Source: Dehalococcoidia bacterium
GTDB taxonomy: Bacteria > Chloroflexota > Dehalococcoidia > UBA2979
Direction: 5' to 3'
Assembly: GCA_965262725.1 (NCBI GenBank)
Contig: OZ253555.1
Coordinates: forward strand, 1,477,256 to 1,541,255
DNA: 64,000 bases
The notes under the pieces are model-generated. The model made no database searches, had not been told where the DNA came from, and worked only from the letters and a program-made list of their open reading frames with translations. This document shows, piece by piece, positions 47,731-57,506 of this stretch. The position numbers and the translations under genes were made by a program. Each line of letters opens with the position of its first letter. Position 1 is the first letter of the stretch.

Positions 47731-48699
47731 CCCTACTACGGCTTCTCGCATGGCTTCAGGCCGGGGCGTTCGGCGCATGACGCGCTGGACGCACTGGCCT
47801 ACGCGGTCGAACGGCGCAAGGTCAGCTGGATTGTCGAGGTGGACATCCGGGAGTTCTTCGGCAGCATCGACCGGGGGCGGCTGATGTCGTTTCTGGAGAT
47901 GCGCATCGGGGACCAGCGGGTGTTGCGCCTGATACGAAAGTGGCTGAGCGTCGGCGTCATGGACGCGGAGCCGGAAGTCGATTTCGTGCGGGGGATGCCG
48001 CAGGGGGCGCCGATATCGCCGCTGCTTGCGAACGTGTACCTGCACAACGTGCTCGACGACTGGTTTGCGCGCGAGTGGCGACCGCGGGAGGTCCGGGGCG
48101 AGGCGTACATCGTGCGGTATGCCGATGACTTCGTCCTGGGGTTCCAGCACCGCAGCGATGCGGTGCGGTTCATGGAGGCACTCCGGGAGCGGTTCGCGGC
48201 CTACGGGCTGGAGCTGCACCCGGAGAAGACCCGTCTACTTGAGTTCGGCAGGTTCGCGCTGGCGAACAGGCGGAAGCGCGGGGAGGGCCGACCGGAAACG
48301 TTCGACTTTCTCGGCATGACGCACTACTGCCGGACCCGACGCGACGGGAGATTCGGGCTGGGGCGCAAGCCCGTTGCGAAGCGGATGCGCCGGACGCTGA
48401 AGGCCATCAAGGCCGAGTTGTGGCGGCGCATGCACGACAACCCCGTGACGACGGGGCAGTGGCTGGGGCGGGTACTGCGTGGGTGGCTTGGCTACTACGC
48501 GGTGCCGACCAGCTCGCCGGCGCTCACGCGGTTTGTCCGTTTCGTGAAGCGGCTCTGGCTGCGCGTTCTCCGACGGCGGTCGCAGCGCGACCGTTTCACG
48601 TGGGAGCGCATCCTTGCCCTGTGCCAGGGACACTGGCCCCGAATCTCCATCCTTCACCCGTGGCCTGCGGAGCGATTTGCCGTCACGCACTTGAGGTAG
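47731..48699 (+). pseudogene. Group II intron reverse transcriptase/maturase, C-terminal part (RT domains 2b-7 and X domain).
   Basis: The in-frame reading from 47731 gives PYYGFSHGFRPGRSAHDALDALAYAVERRKVSWIVEVDIREFFGSIDRGRLM..., then PQGAPISPLLANVYLH and YIVRYADDFVLGF (YADD). The maturase region is WLRGWLGYYA. The track ORF lists it from the GTG at 47839. Confidence 0.85.
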
Positions 48700-48772
48700 G
48701 AGCCGGATGCCCGAGAGGGCACGTCCGGATCTGTGCGGGGGGTGCCGGGCAACCGGCATCCCTACCGCGAAC
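48700..48772 (+). ncRNA. Group II intron domain V (48700-48731) and domain VI with bulged branch-point A (~48764).
   Basis: DV: gagccggatgccc-gaga-gggc-AC-gtccggatc (AGC triad, GNRA-like loop, 2-nt AC bulge). DVI: ggggtgccgg-gcaa-ccggcatccc with an unpaired A at 48764, 8 nt before the putative 3' splice site. Confidence 0.65.
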
Positions 48773-48983
48773 CGAACGAAGCTTGACGAGGCGGGGTGCC
48801 GGGCTGCCGGAGAGTTCGACGGGTGTGTCGGCGTTCGCCGGGCGGCGCCGGGGGCGGGCCGGAGCCAAGAGTCGTCGCTCAGCGCCGCTCGGGGGCGCTG
48901 AGGGTGCGGGCGCGAGGGTGCGCGAGGCGTGCGCGGGCATGCTGGCGCGAGCTTCGGCTCCGGGTCGGCGCTGTGAGCGGGCG

Positions 48984-49427
48984 TCAGGCCGGAAGCGGTA
49001 TCGCCCGTAGTCGCGCGAGCGCGGCTGCCAGCTGCCCGGCCCAGGGCCAGCGCTTCGGGAGGTGCAGGGTCCACCGCCGGGCAGAGTGGGTGAGCCGTCC
49101 GGCGAGAGAGAAGTAGCGTCGCCTGAGCGTCCTGGTCGTCACGATCCCCTCGCCGAGCCCGAGGCGTGCCATCCAGCGGGCGAGGTTGTGCGCGATCACC
49201 TGCACCGCGAGCCACGCCGCGTTCGCGGCGAAGCGGCCCGAGGGGAGATGGTTCAACCCGACGCCGTACTTGAGGTCGCGGATCGCGTTCTCGATCTCGG
49301 CGTGACGGCGATGGTCGTGTTCCGATTGTCGTTGAGCAGCGATTCCGTCAGTAGTTAACGGAGCAGCGAATCTGTCAGTCCCCAGCCAGCGAGCAGGGGG
49401 TGACAGTGCAACAGTTCGAAGAGGCAC
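48984..49427 (-). pseudogene. C-terminal fragment of an IS1380/IS4-superfamily-like DDE transposase.
   Basis: HAEIENAIRDLKYGVGLNHLPSGRFAANAAWLAVQVIAHNLARW is the conserved C-terminal block of IS1380-like transposases. The N-terminus is missing (overlapped by the next element). Confidence 0.55.
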
Positions 49428-50932
49428 GACGCTACGTACTCGACCGGGTGATCGCCGGAGATCTGCAGGTCTCGCAGGCCGCCGAGATCCTGAGCATCAG
49501 CGAGCGGCACGGGTGGCGGCTCCTCGCCGCCTACCGTGCGCGGGGAGCCGCGGCGCTCGCCCACGGCAACCGCCGGCGCCGGCCGCACAACGCCGTCCCG
49601 GCCGATGTCGCCTCGGCCGTGGTGCGCCTGGCCACCACCCGCTACCCGGGAGCGAACCACACCCACCTCGCCGAGCTGCTGTGGGAGCACGAGGGCCTGG
49701 ACGTGAGCAGTTGGACCGTCCGCCGGATCCTGGCGCGGGCCAGCATCCCGAGTCCCCGCCGCCGCCGGCCGCCCGAGCACCGCGTCCGGCGTGAGCGGAT
49801 GCCCCGCGAGGGGATGCTGCTCCAGGTCGATGGCAGCCATCACGCCTGGCTCGAGGGACGAGGCCCGCGCTTCGCCCTGCTGCTCGCCGTCGACGATGCG
49901 ACCGGCGCAGCCGTGCACGCGCTCTTCCGCCCCACCGAGGACGCGCGCGGCTACTTCCTCCTGCTGGAGGAGGTCGTCCGCGGCTGCGGCATCCCGCTCG
50001 CCCTCTACAGTGACCGCCACGGCGTCTTCAAGGCCTCCCCCGACGGACGGCGCGGACTGAAGGTGTCCACCCAGTTCGCACGGGCGATGCGTGAACTGGG
50101 GATCACCCAGATCTTCGCGCGATCACCGCAGGCGAAGGGGCGCGTGGAACGTGCCGCAGGTACGTTCCAGGACCGGCTGGTGACCGAACTGCGCCACGCT
50201 TCCGCCTCCACCATCCCCGAGGCACACGCCGTACTCGAGCGCTTCCTGCCGCGCTTCAACGCCCGCTTCCGGATCCCGGCAGCGCAGCCCGTGGTGGCCT
50301 ACCGCCCGCTCGATCCCGCGCTCCCCCTCGCGTCCATCCTGAGCTTCCGGCACCCCCGCACCGTCGCGCGCGACAACACCGTCAAGTACCACTGGCGCAC
50401 GCTGCAGCTGCTGCCCGGGCCCGAGCGGAGAAGCTACGCCGGGACGCAGGTCGAGGTGGTGGAGCGGCCGGCCGGCGAGCTCTCCGTCCAGCACCAGGGG
50501 GAGACGATCCCCTCACGCCCGGCACCGCCGCGCGCGGGCGTGCTGAGAGCGGTTCGCTCCGAGCTGACCCAGAACCCCGACCACGAGCGCATCGCCTCAG
50601 GGCTCGGCTCCGGCGGCGCGCTCCGGCGGCTGCCTGCACTCCTGGCTGCTGCGGCGGTGGATGCGACGCGCAACGGCGCTGCGGTCAGGTCGGAGACCAG
50701 CGGCAAGCAGCTCCGGGCTCCGACTCCTCGGCAGCTCGCCCGCTGGAAGGCGATCCAGCAGGCGCAGCTGCAGGGACTGTCCATGCGGGCGACCGCCAGG
50801 CTGCTCGGGATCTCCCGCGACACCGTCAGCAGCTACGTCCGCGCCAACGGCGTCCCTGGACGCCGGAACGGTGCCGCGGCATCCTCCGACGACCAGGGCG
50901 GTACTGACGGAGTCGCTGCTCCGTTGCACTGA
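49400..50932 (+). CDS. DDE (rve-superfamily) transposase, IS481-like family, 510 aa.
   Basis: N-terminal HTH (LQVSQAAEILSISERHGWRLL). Integrase core LLQVDGSHHAW...LLAVDDATGAAVHALF...ALYSDRHGVFK...QAKGRVERAAGTFQDRL. Confidence 0.75.
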   Translation: MTVQQFEEARRYVLDRVIAGDLQVSQAAEILSISERHGWRLLAAYRARGAAALAHGNRRRRPHNAVPADVASAVVRLATTRYPGANHTHLAELLWEHEGLDVSSWTVRRILARASIPSPRRRRPPEHRVRRERMPREGMLLQVDGSHHAWLEGRGPRFALLLAVDDATGAAVHALFRPTEDARGYFLLLEEVVRGCGIPLALYSDRHGVFKASPDGRRGLKVSTQFARAMRELGITQIFARSPQAKGRVERAAGTFQDRLVTELRHASASTIPEAHAVLERFLPRFNARFRIPAAQPVVAYRPLDPALPLASILSFRHPRTVARDNTVKYHWRTLQLLPGPERRSYAGTQVEVVERPAGELSVQHQGETIPSRPAPPRAGVLRAVRSELTQNPDHERIASGLGSGGALRRLPALLAAAAVDATRNGAAVRSETSGKQLRAPTPRQLARWKAIQQAQLQGLSMRATARLLGISRDTVSSYVRANGVPGRRNGAAASSDDQGGTDGVAAPLH

Positions 50933-51392
50933 CGGAATCGCTGCTCGTCGACACCATCTGCTCACCGAGAACCGTCACGGCCTGGTGCTGGACGTGGAGC
51001 TGACCGAGGCGAACGGGTACGCCGAGCGCGAGGCGGCGGTCACGATGCTGGAGCGCAGCGTGAGCGGCTGCGGGACGCTGGGCGCCGACCGCGGCTACGA
51101 CACGCGCGACTTCGTGGCGGCGCTGCGCGCTCGCGGTGTGACGCCGCACGTGGCGCAGAACGACCGCCGCCGCCGCAGCGCCGTGGACGGGCGCACCACG
51201 CGGCATCGCGGCTACAGGCAGAGTCGGAAGCGACGCAAGATCGTGGAGCAGGTCTTTGGCTGGATGAAGACCGTGGGCGGCGGGCGCAAGCTGCGCTTCG
51301 TGGGCCGCGAGCGCAACCGCGGCTGGCTGGAGCTCACCGCCGCCGCCTACAACCTGGTGCGCATGGCCACGCTCGAGACCGCCGCGACGTAG
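50933..51392 (+). pseudogene. C-terminal fragment of an IS5-family (ISL2/IS1182-like) transposase.
   Basis: ADRGYDTRDFVAALRARGVTPHV...RKIVEQVFGWMKTVGGGRKLRFVGRERNRGWLELTAAAYNLVRMA is the conserved C-terminal region. The N-terminus is replaced by the preceding element. Confidence 0.6.
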
Positions 51393-51537
51393 GCGCAGTG
51401 CGCCCTCCGCCCCGCCGGGGAGCCCTCAGAGGCACCCGGGGCAGGTCAGGAGGCCACAATCACGAAGCCGGACGCGGCCTCAAGCCGCCCGGCACCGCTC
51501 CGAGGCTCCCGGAAGGAGCTTCTTCAGCACCCTGCTA

Positions 51538-52711
51538 GTGTCCTGATTCGTAATAGCGACAGATAACGGGTATGGTGGCACAGCGGGGTTTTGCCCCATG
51601 GGGCAGACTCTGGAGTGTCATGAGCACCCGAATCGGACGGCCGACGGTCGCGATCGTCCTGAGCGACGAGGAGCGTGAGACGCTGGAGCGGTGGGCGCGC
51701 CGGCCGACATCGGCCCAGGCGCTGGCGCTGCGCTGTCGCATCGTCCTGGCAGCGGCCGAGGGGACATCGAATAAAGCGATCGCCGCGGCGCTCGATTGCC
51801 ATCCGGTCACCGTCGGCAAGTGGCGCCGGCGCTTTGCGCAGGGGCGGCTCGATGGGCTACAGGATGAGCCGCGCCCCGGGGCGCCGCGCACGATCGCCGA
51901 TGCACAGGTGGAAGCGGTGATCGTCACGACGCTGGAGGAGCAGCCTCCCAACGCGACGCACTGGTCGACCCGATCGATGGCAGCCGCGGTCGGGATGTCG
52001 CAGTCGGCGATCTTCAGGATCTGGCGCGCCTTCGGCCTGAAGCCGCACCTCGTGGAGAGCTTCAAGCTGTCGCCCGACCCGCAGTTCATCGACAAGGTGC
52101 GCGACGTGGCCGGGCTCTATCTCAACCCGCCCGACGCGGCGGTTGTGCTGTGCGTGGACGAGAAGACCCAGATCCAGGCACTCGACCGCACCGCGCCGAC
52201 GGTGCCGATGATGCCCGGCGTCCCCGCCCGCCAGACGCACGACTACATCCGTCACGGCACGACGAACCTCTACGCGGCGCTCGATGTCGCCTCGGGATGC
52301 GTGATCACGGAGATGACCCCCCGGCACCGGGCTCGGGAGTTCCAGCAGTTCCTCGCCCTCATCGACCAAAGCGTTCCCCGTGAGCTGGCGGTGCATGTCG
52401 TGCTCGACAACGTCTCCACGCACCGCACGCCCGCCATCCAGCGCTGGCTCCAGCGCCATCCCCGCTTCACCTTCCATTTCACGCCGACCTACAGCTCCTG
52501 GATGAACCTCGTGGAGCGCTGGTTTGCAGAGCTCACCAGCAAGTGGCTCCGGCGCGGCACGCACCATAGCGTCCCTGATCTGATCCGCTCAGTGGAGATG
52601 TGGGTCGCCAGCTGGAACGAGAATCCGAGGCCCTTCATCTGGCACAAGTCCGCGGACCAGATCCTTGACAACCTCGCCGGATATCTAGAGCGCATCCCTG
52701 AATCGGGACAC
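51538..52711 (+). mobile_element. IS630-family insertion sequence (1174 bp) with 13-bp imperfect terminal inverted repeats and a TA target-site duplication.
   Basis: Left: TA(51536-37)|gtgtcctgattcg. Right: cgaatcgggacac|TA(52712-13). The transposase lies inside. Confidence 0.85.
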
Positions 52712-52714
52712 TAG
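51620..52714 (+). CDS. IS630-family DDE transposase, 364 aa.
   Basis: HTH regions (LSDEERETLERWARRPTSAQALALRCRIVLAAAEGTSNKAIAAAL). Catalytic core VLCVDEKTQIQA...VLDNVSTHRT...YSSWMNLVERWF. ATG at 51620 (MSTRIGRPT). Confidence 0.85.
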   Translation: MSTRIGRPTVAIVLSDEERETLERWARRPTSAQALALRCRIVLAAAEGTSNKAIAAALDCHPVTVGKWRRRFAQGRLDGLQDEPRPGAPRTIADAQVEAVIVTTLEEQPPNATHWSTRSMAAAVGMSQSAIFRIWRAFGLKPHLVESFKLSPDPQFIDKVRDVAGLYLNPPDAAVVLCVDEKTQIQALDRTAPTVPMMPGVPARQTHDYIRHGTTNLYAALDVASGCVITEMTPRHRAREFQQFLALIDQSVPRELAVHVVLDNVSTHRTPAIQRWLQRHPRFTFHFTPTYSSWMNLVERWFAELTSKWLRRGTHHSVPDLIRSVEMWVASWNENPRPFIWHKSADQILDNLAGYLERIPESGH

Positions 52715-52849
52715 ACTCCGGTCTGCATGCGCGGCGAGCGGCTTGGCGCCTGGCGGCGGACATAGCGCCCGGGCGCCGGACCGGACCCCATCCGGCCGCC
52801 TGAGGCCCAGGGCTGGTGGTCTTGGGAGGGCGCCATCGACTCGATAGCG

Positions 52850-54115
52850 GTGTCCCCGGCGGCGCGTGTCGAAGCCGAGATCGATCTCCCGGGATCGAAG
52901 AGCTACAGCAACCGCGCTCTCCTGTTGGCTTCGCTCGGCGAGGGGCGTTCGGAGCTCATGCGCGCGCTCTTTTCCGACGACACGCGATACATGCATCGGG
53001 CCTTGACCGCGCTCGGGATTCGGGTCGACGCGGACGAATGCGGGCAGCGGTACGAGGTGGAGGGGGGTGCTGGCGCGTTCCCGTCCCGCGGCGCTGCGCT
53101 GTCGGTCGGCAACGCCGGCACAGCGGCGCGATTTCTTACGGCTGCGCTGGCGATCGGCGACGGGGTCTTCTCCGTGGACGGCTCCTCTCGCATGCGCGGG
53201 CGGCCCATCGAACCTCTCCTCAACGGCCTGCGCCAGCTGGGCGTCGACGTCAGGTCCCGGTTCGGAAACGGGTGCCCGCCGGTTGACATTCGCGCTAGCG
53301 GCATCCCCGGTGGTCGAGCCCGGGTGAAGGGGGACATCTCGAGCCAGTTCCTGAGCGCGCTCCTGATGGCAGCCCCCTATGCGCGACGTGACGTGTCGCT
53401 GGAGGTGGACGGCGACCTCGTATCCGCACCCTACGTCGACCTCACGCTGGACGCGATGCGCGCGTTCGGCGTGCACGTTGACCGCGACGGCGATCATCGC
53501 TTCCGGGTCGCCGCGGGCCAGCGATACCGTGGTCGGGCGTACGAGATCGAGCCGGACGCGTCAGGCGCCTCGTACTTCTTCGCGGCCGCGGCGGTGACCG
53601 GCGGGCACGTGAGGGTGCTCCGCCTGGGACGAGGCTCCGCGCAGGGAGATCTGGGGCTGCTCGACGTTCTGGAGCGCATGGGATGCACGGTCTCCCGCGA
53701 CCGCGATGCCATCGATCTGTGGGGACCGGAACGGCTTCGGGCCGTCGATGCGGACTTCACGCGGATGGGCGATGTCGCCACGACACTCATGGCGATCGCG
53801 CCGTTCGCCGACGGACCCGTGACGATTCGGGGCATTGCGCAAACTCACTATGAAGAGAGCGACCGGCCGGTGGCGGCGGTAACGGAGCTTCGCAGGATGG
53901 GAATCCGGGTCGAGGCGGAGTGGGACAGCGTCACCGTCTATCCGGGCCTGCCACAACCCATCGAGGTGGCTACATACGATGATCACCGCATCGCCATGAG
54001 CTTCGCGTTGGTCGGGCTACGAGTCGCCGGGATCACAATCGCCGACCCGGGTTGCGTCACGAAGACATTTCCTTCGTTCTTCCGCGAACTCGGACGAATT
54101 GCATCCGTGGACTGA
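52850..54115 (+). CDS. aroA: 3-phosphoshikimate 1-carboxyvinyltransferase (EPSP synthase).
   Basis: LPGSKSYSNRALLLA. SVGNAGTAARFL. RMRGRPIEPLLNGLRQLG. Typical length of 421 aa. Confidence 0.9.
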   Translation: MSPAARVEAEIDLPGSKSYSNRALLLASLGEGRSELMRALFSDDTRYMHRALTALGIRVDADECGQRYEVEGGAGAFPSRGAALSVGNAGTAARFLTAALAIGDGVFSVDGSSRMRGRPIEPLLNGLRQLGVDVRSRFGNGCPPVDIRASGIPGGRARVKGDISSQFLSALLMAAPYARRDVSLEVDGDLVSAPYVDLTLDAMRAFGVHVDRDGDHRFRVAAGQRYRGRAYEIEPDASGASYFFAAAAVTGGHVRVLRLGRGSAQGDLGLLDVLERMGCTVSRDRDAIDLWGPERLRAVDADFTRMGDVATTLMAIAPFADGPVTIRGIAQTHYEESDRPVAAVTELRRMGIRVEAEWDSVTVYPGLPQPIEVATYDDHRIAMSFALVGLRVAGITIADPGCVTKTFPSFFRELGRIASVD

Positions 54116-54440
54116 GACGCTTCTCCGCGAAGGAGGGGCTTCCGGCAGCATCGGAGCTGTCACCGTCGCGTGGCCCTCGGGATGTGCCGCGTCGCGTGAT
54201 GTCGAGGCGATGGTGTATGACGCTGCGGTCGTGCGAAGAGGGGTGCGCGAGGTTGTATCTGGCGCTCTCATTCCTAGGCTCTGACTGCGGTGCATCTCGC
54301 TACGGCATGCGCATCGGGATACGTCTGCGCCGTGCGCGAATCGCGGGAGTTGATCCCCATTTGATCCCCAACTGATCAGGTACGTGATCGCCACGTGAGG
54401 TTTCACAGAACATAATTACTAGTTAATTCTAGGTAAAGGT

Positions 54441-54516
54441 TGGTAGCAGGGGCAGGATTCGAACCTGCGACCAAGGGCTTATGAATCCCCTGCTCTACCA
54501 CTGAGCTACCCTGCCG
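54441..54516 (-). tRNA. tRNA-Met (anticodon CAT), 76 nt with encoded CCA.
   Basis: The reverse complement reads ggcagggtagctcagtggtagagcaggggattcataagcccttggtcgcaggttcgaatcctgcccctgctacca. It has a D-arm gctc/gagc, a TTCATAA anticodon loop and T-arm gcagg-ttcgaat-cctgc. There is an A-G mismatch at 31:39 of the anticodon stem. Confidence 0.9.
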
Positions 54517-54818
54517 GGCTCTCGGGAGGCGCCGGGGCGCCGTCCGCGAGCCGAGTCTACACGCGGCGCGGCTCGGTCGCTCCCATCCAGCCGACCTGCT
54601 CCTTCTCTCTACGTCGCGGGCCGCCGGGACGGGAGCCCGGTCCGTCGATGGGTCTCTAAGTCGGGAGCAATCGCGAGCCGAGACGCCCGCCCGCGTGCCG
54701 GTGTGCCCGGCTCCAGATGTCGAGGGAGGGCGGCTCGCGCGTGTCCAGCGTAGGACGGGCGGGCTGTATCATCTGGTCGTCGACGCGCTAGGCGGCGCTC
54801 GGCGAAGGAGGTGAGGGA

Positions 54819-56273
54819 GTGGCGCGATTTGACACCGTGGTGACCGGCGGGGACCTCGTCATCCCGCACGTCGGCACCATCCGCGCCGACCTGGGCATCC
54901 GTGACGGGCGCATCGCCGCGATCGAGGATGCGATCCCCTCGACCGAAGGTGACCAGGTGATCGACGCGCGGGGCCGCGTGGTCGCACCCGGTGCGGTCGA
55001 TGCGCACTTCCATATCGGGATCTACAGGCCCATCGAGGAGGATGCCGAGAGCGAGACCCGGTCCTCCCTCGTCGGCGGTGTGACCTCGGTGATCAGCTAC
55101 TTCCGCACGGGAAGCCACTACCTGAACCGGAGCGGCTCCTACCGCGAGATCCTGCCCCAGGTCATCGAGCGCACCAGCGGGCACTCCTACACCGATTTCT
55201 CGTACCACATCGGCATCATGGAGGAGTCCCAGCTCGACGAGATCCCCTGGCTCGTCGAGCAGGGCATCGGTTCCTTCAAGTTCTTCATGTTCTACAAGGG
55301 GCTCAATCTCGAGGGAAGCTCGACGGACGGGCGCGCCCTCACGATGGCCGAGAACTACGACCTCGGCCACCTCTACCGCTACATGGTGCGCGTGCGCGAG
55401 GCGGCGACCCGGCACGCCGCGGCGGGCCGGATCTCACTCTCGTTGCACTGCGAGCAGTCGGAGCTGCTGCGGATCTTCATCGAGGACGTGCAGGCGAAGG
55501 GCATCGATGGCCTTGAGGGCTACCACCTCGCGCGGCCGCCGCTGACGGAGCGGCTTGCGATCAGCGAAGCCGGCGTTCTGATCGAGGCGACACGGTGCCC
55601 GGTCAACTTTCTTCACCTCTCGAGCGCGCTCGCCTTCCAGACGGCTGACGAATTCCGGCGCTCGCACCCCGATACCGACCTGAGGCTCGAGACGACGCTG
55701 CACCACCTCGCGCTCACGTGGCAGACCGCGGCGGGCGGGCTTCAGGGGAAGGTCAATCCGCCGATCCGCGAGCAGGCGGATAACGACGCGCTGTGGGCCG
55801 CCGTGATGGATGGCCGCATCGACCACGTCGTCTCCGACCACGCCTGCTGCTTCGAGGAGGACAAGGCCGATCTGTGGGGCGCGAAGGCCGGCTTCGGCGG
55901 CACGGCGCTGCTCTACCCGCTCCTCATCTCCGACGGCTACCACAAGCGAGGGCTTCCGCTTCACCGCGTCGCCGAGCTGGTCTCGGCGAGCCCGGCTCGC
56001 TCCTTCGGGCTCTACCCCCGCAAGGGGACGATCGCCGTCGGCTCGGATGCCGACCTCGCCATCATCGATCTCGACAAGGAGCAGGCCATCACGAGCGAGC
56101 TCCTCCTGGCGGCGCAGGACTTCACGCCGTTCGAGGGATATGCGGTGAAGGGCTGGCCGGTGATGACGATTCGACGCGGCGAGCTCATGTACCGCGACGG
56201 CGCCGTGCTCGGCGGCACGACGGGCGAGTTCCTCCGGCGCCCCCACGCGCTGGATGCCGCGAGGGCAGGCTAG
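54819..56273 (+). CDS. Cyclic amidohydrolase (D-hydantoinase / dihydropyrimidinase / allantoinase family).
   Basis: Metal ligands DAHFHIG, HCE and VVSDHAC. 484 aa. Confidence 0.85.
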   Translation: MARFDTVVTGGDLVIPHVGTIRADLGIRDGRIAAIEDAIPSTEGDQVIDARGRVVAPGAVDAHFHIGIYRPIEEDAESETRSSLVGGVTSVISYFRTGSHYLNRSGSYREILPQVIERTSGHSYTDFSYHIGIMEESQLDEIPWLVEQGIGSFKFFMFYKGLNLEGSSTDGRALTMAENYDLGHLYRYMVRVREAATRHAAAGRISLSLHCEQSELLRIFIEDVQAKGIDGLEGYHLARPPLTERLAISEAGVLIEATRCPVNFLHLSSALAFQTADEFRRSHPDTDLRLETTLHHLALTWQTAAGGLQGKVNPPIREQADNDALWAAVMDGRIDHVVSDHACCFEEDKADLWGAKAGFGGTALLYPLLISDGYHKRGLPLHRVAELVSASPARSFGLYPRKGTIAVGSDADLAIIDLDKEQAITSELLLAAQDFTPFEGYAVKGWPVMTIRRGELMYRDGAVLGGTTGEFLRRPHALDAARAG

Positions 56274-56275
56274 CC

Positions 56276-57502
56276 GTGGCCCCGATCGAGGGAGCGTCGT
56301 CCGGCAGCGGCGGCCCTAGGGGCCTTGCCGGTGTTCGCGTCGTGGATGCCGCGACGCTCTTCGCGGGCCCGCTGATGGCGACCGTGCTCGGCGACTTCGG
56401 CGCGGATGTCATCAAGGTGGAACACCCGACCCGTGGCGACCCGGTCCGGGATCACGGGGAGAGCAAGGACGGCCACGGGCTATGGTGGAAGCAGATGTCG
56501 CGCAACAAGCGCGCCATCTCGCTCAACCTTTCGAACGAGACCGGCCAGGAGTTGATGCTGGAGCTCCTGAAGACGGCCGACGTCTTCATCGAGAATTTCC
56601 GCCCCGGCACCCTGGAGCGGTGGAACCTCTCGCCCGAGATGCTCCTTGAGGTGAATCCGCGCCTGATCATCATGCGCTGCACCGGCTTCGGGCAGTTCGG
56701 CCCCTATGCGAGTCGGCCGGGGTTCGGCACGCTCGCAGAGGCGATGAGCGGCTTCGCCGCCATCACGGGCCTGCCCGACGGGCCTCCGACATTGCCGCCG
56801 TTCGGGCTCGCGGACGGTATCGCCGGGCTCGCCGGTGCCAACGCGCTTCTGATCGCGCTCTACTGGCGAGACGCGCAGGGCGGCCGCGGTCAGGTGATCG
56901 ACCTCGCGCTGATCGAGCCGATCCTGACGGTCCTCGGCGCCCAGCCCATCATCTACCAGCAGCTGGGCCTCAAGCAGACCCGGCACGGCAACCGCTCCGT
57001 CAACAACGCGCCCCGCAACACCTACGAGACGCGTGACGGGCGGTGGGTTGCCGTCTCGACGAGTGCGCAGGCGATCGCCGAGCGCGTGATGCACCTGGTG
57101 GGCCACCCTGAGGTCATAGACGAGCCGTGGTTTGCCGGAGGCGTGAGCCGGGCCAGGCATGCCGACGAACTCGACGAGATGGTCGGAAGCTGGATCGCTC
57201 AGCGCGATTTCGACGACGTGGTCGCGAAGTTCGAGGAGGCGCAGGCTGCAGTCGCGCCGATCTACGACGTTGAGGACATTCTCAACGACCCACAGTTCCA
57301 GGCGCTCGACTCGATCACCACGGTCGACGATCCGGACCTCGGACCGCTGCGCATGCAGAACGTGATGTTCCGGATGTCGGAGACGCCCGGTGAGATTCGC
57401 TTCCCCGGTCGCCCCCGCGGCTCCGACAACGAGGAAGTCTTCGGCGAGCTCGGCGTGACCCCGCAGCAGCTCGCGGAGCTCCGCGAGCGGGGCGCCGTCT
57501 AG
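56276..57502 (+). CDS. Family III CoA-transferase (CaiB/BaiF-like).
   Basis: LAGVRVVDAATLFAGPLMATVLGDFGADVIKVE...FRPGTLERW. GTG start 3 nt after the upstream stop. Confidence 0.85.
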   Translation: MAPIEGASSGSGGPRGLAGVRVVDAATLFAGPLMATVLGDFGADVIKVEHPTRGDPVRDHGESKDGHGLWWKQMSRNKRAISLNLSNETGQELMLELLKTADVFIENFRPGTLERWNLSPEMLLEVNPRLIIMRCTGFGQFGPYASRPGFGTLAEAMSGFAAITGLPDGPPTLPPFGLADGIAGLAGANALLIALYWRDAQGGRGQVIDLALIEPILTVLGAQPIIYQQLGLKQTRHGNRSVNNAPRNTYETRDGRWVAVSTSAQAIAERVMHLVGHPEVIDEPWFAGGVSRARHADELDEMVGSWIAQRDFDDVVAKFEEAQAAVAPIYDVEDILNDPQFQALDSITTVDDPDLGPLRMQNVMFRMSETPGEIRFPGRPRGSDNEEVFGELGVTPQQLAELRERGAV

Positions 57503-57506
57503 GCTC

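Larger units (their letters stand above)
44410..48772 (+). mobile_element. Group II intron (bacterial), disrupted by a ~2.2-kb insertion in its RT ORF. The 5' boundary is not determined (it lies somewhere between 44410 and 44750); the 3' end is at about 48772.
   Basis: RT N-terminus (domains 0-2) at 45021-45517 and RT C-terminus (domains 2-7 plus maturase X) at 47731-48699. They join seamlessly (...AVVDNLL | PYYGFSHGFRPGRSAHDAL...). Canonical domain V and domain VI follow immediately after the RT stop. Confidence 0.7.
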
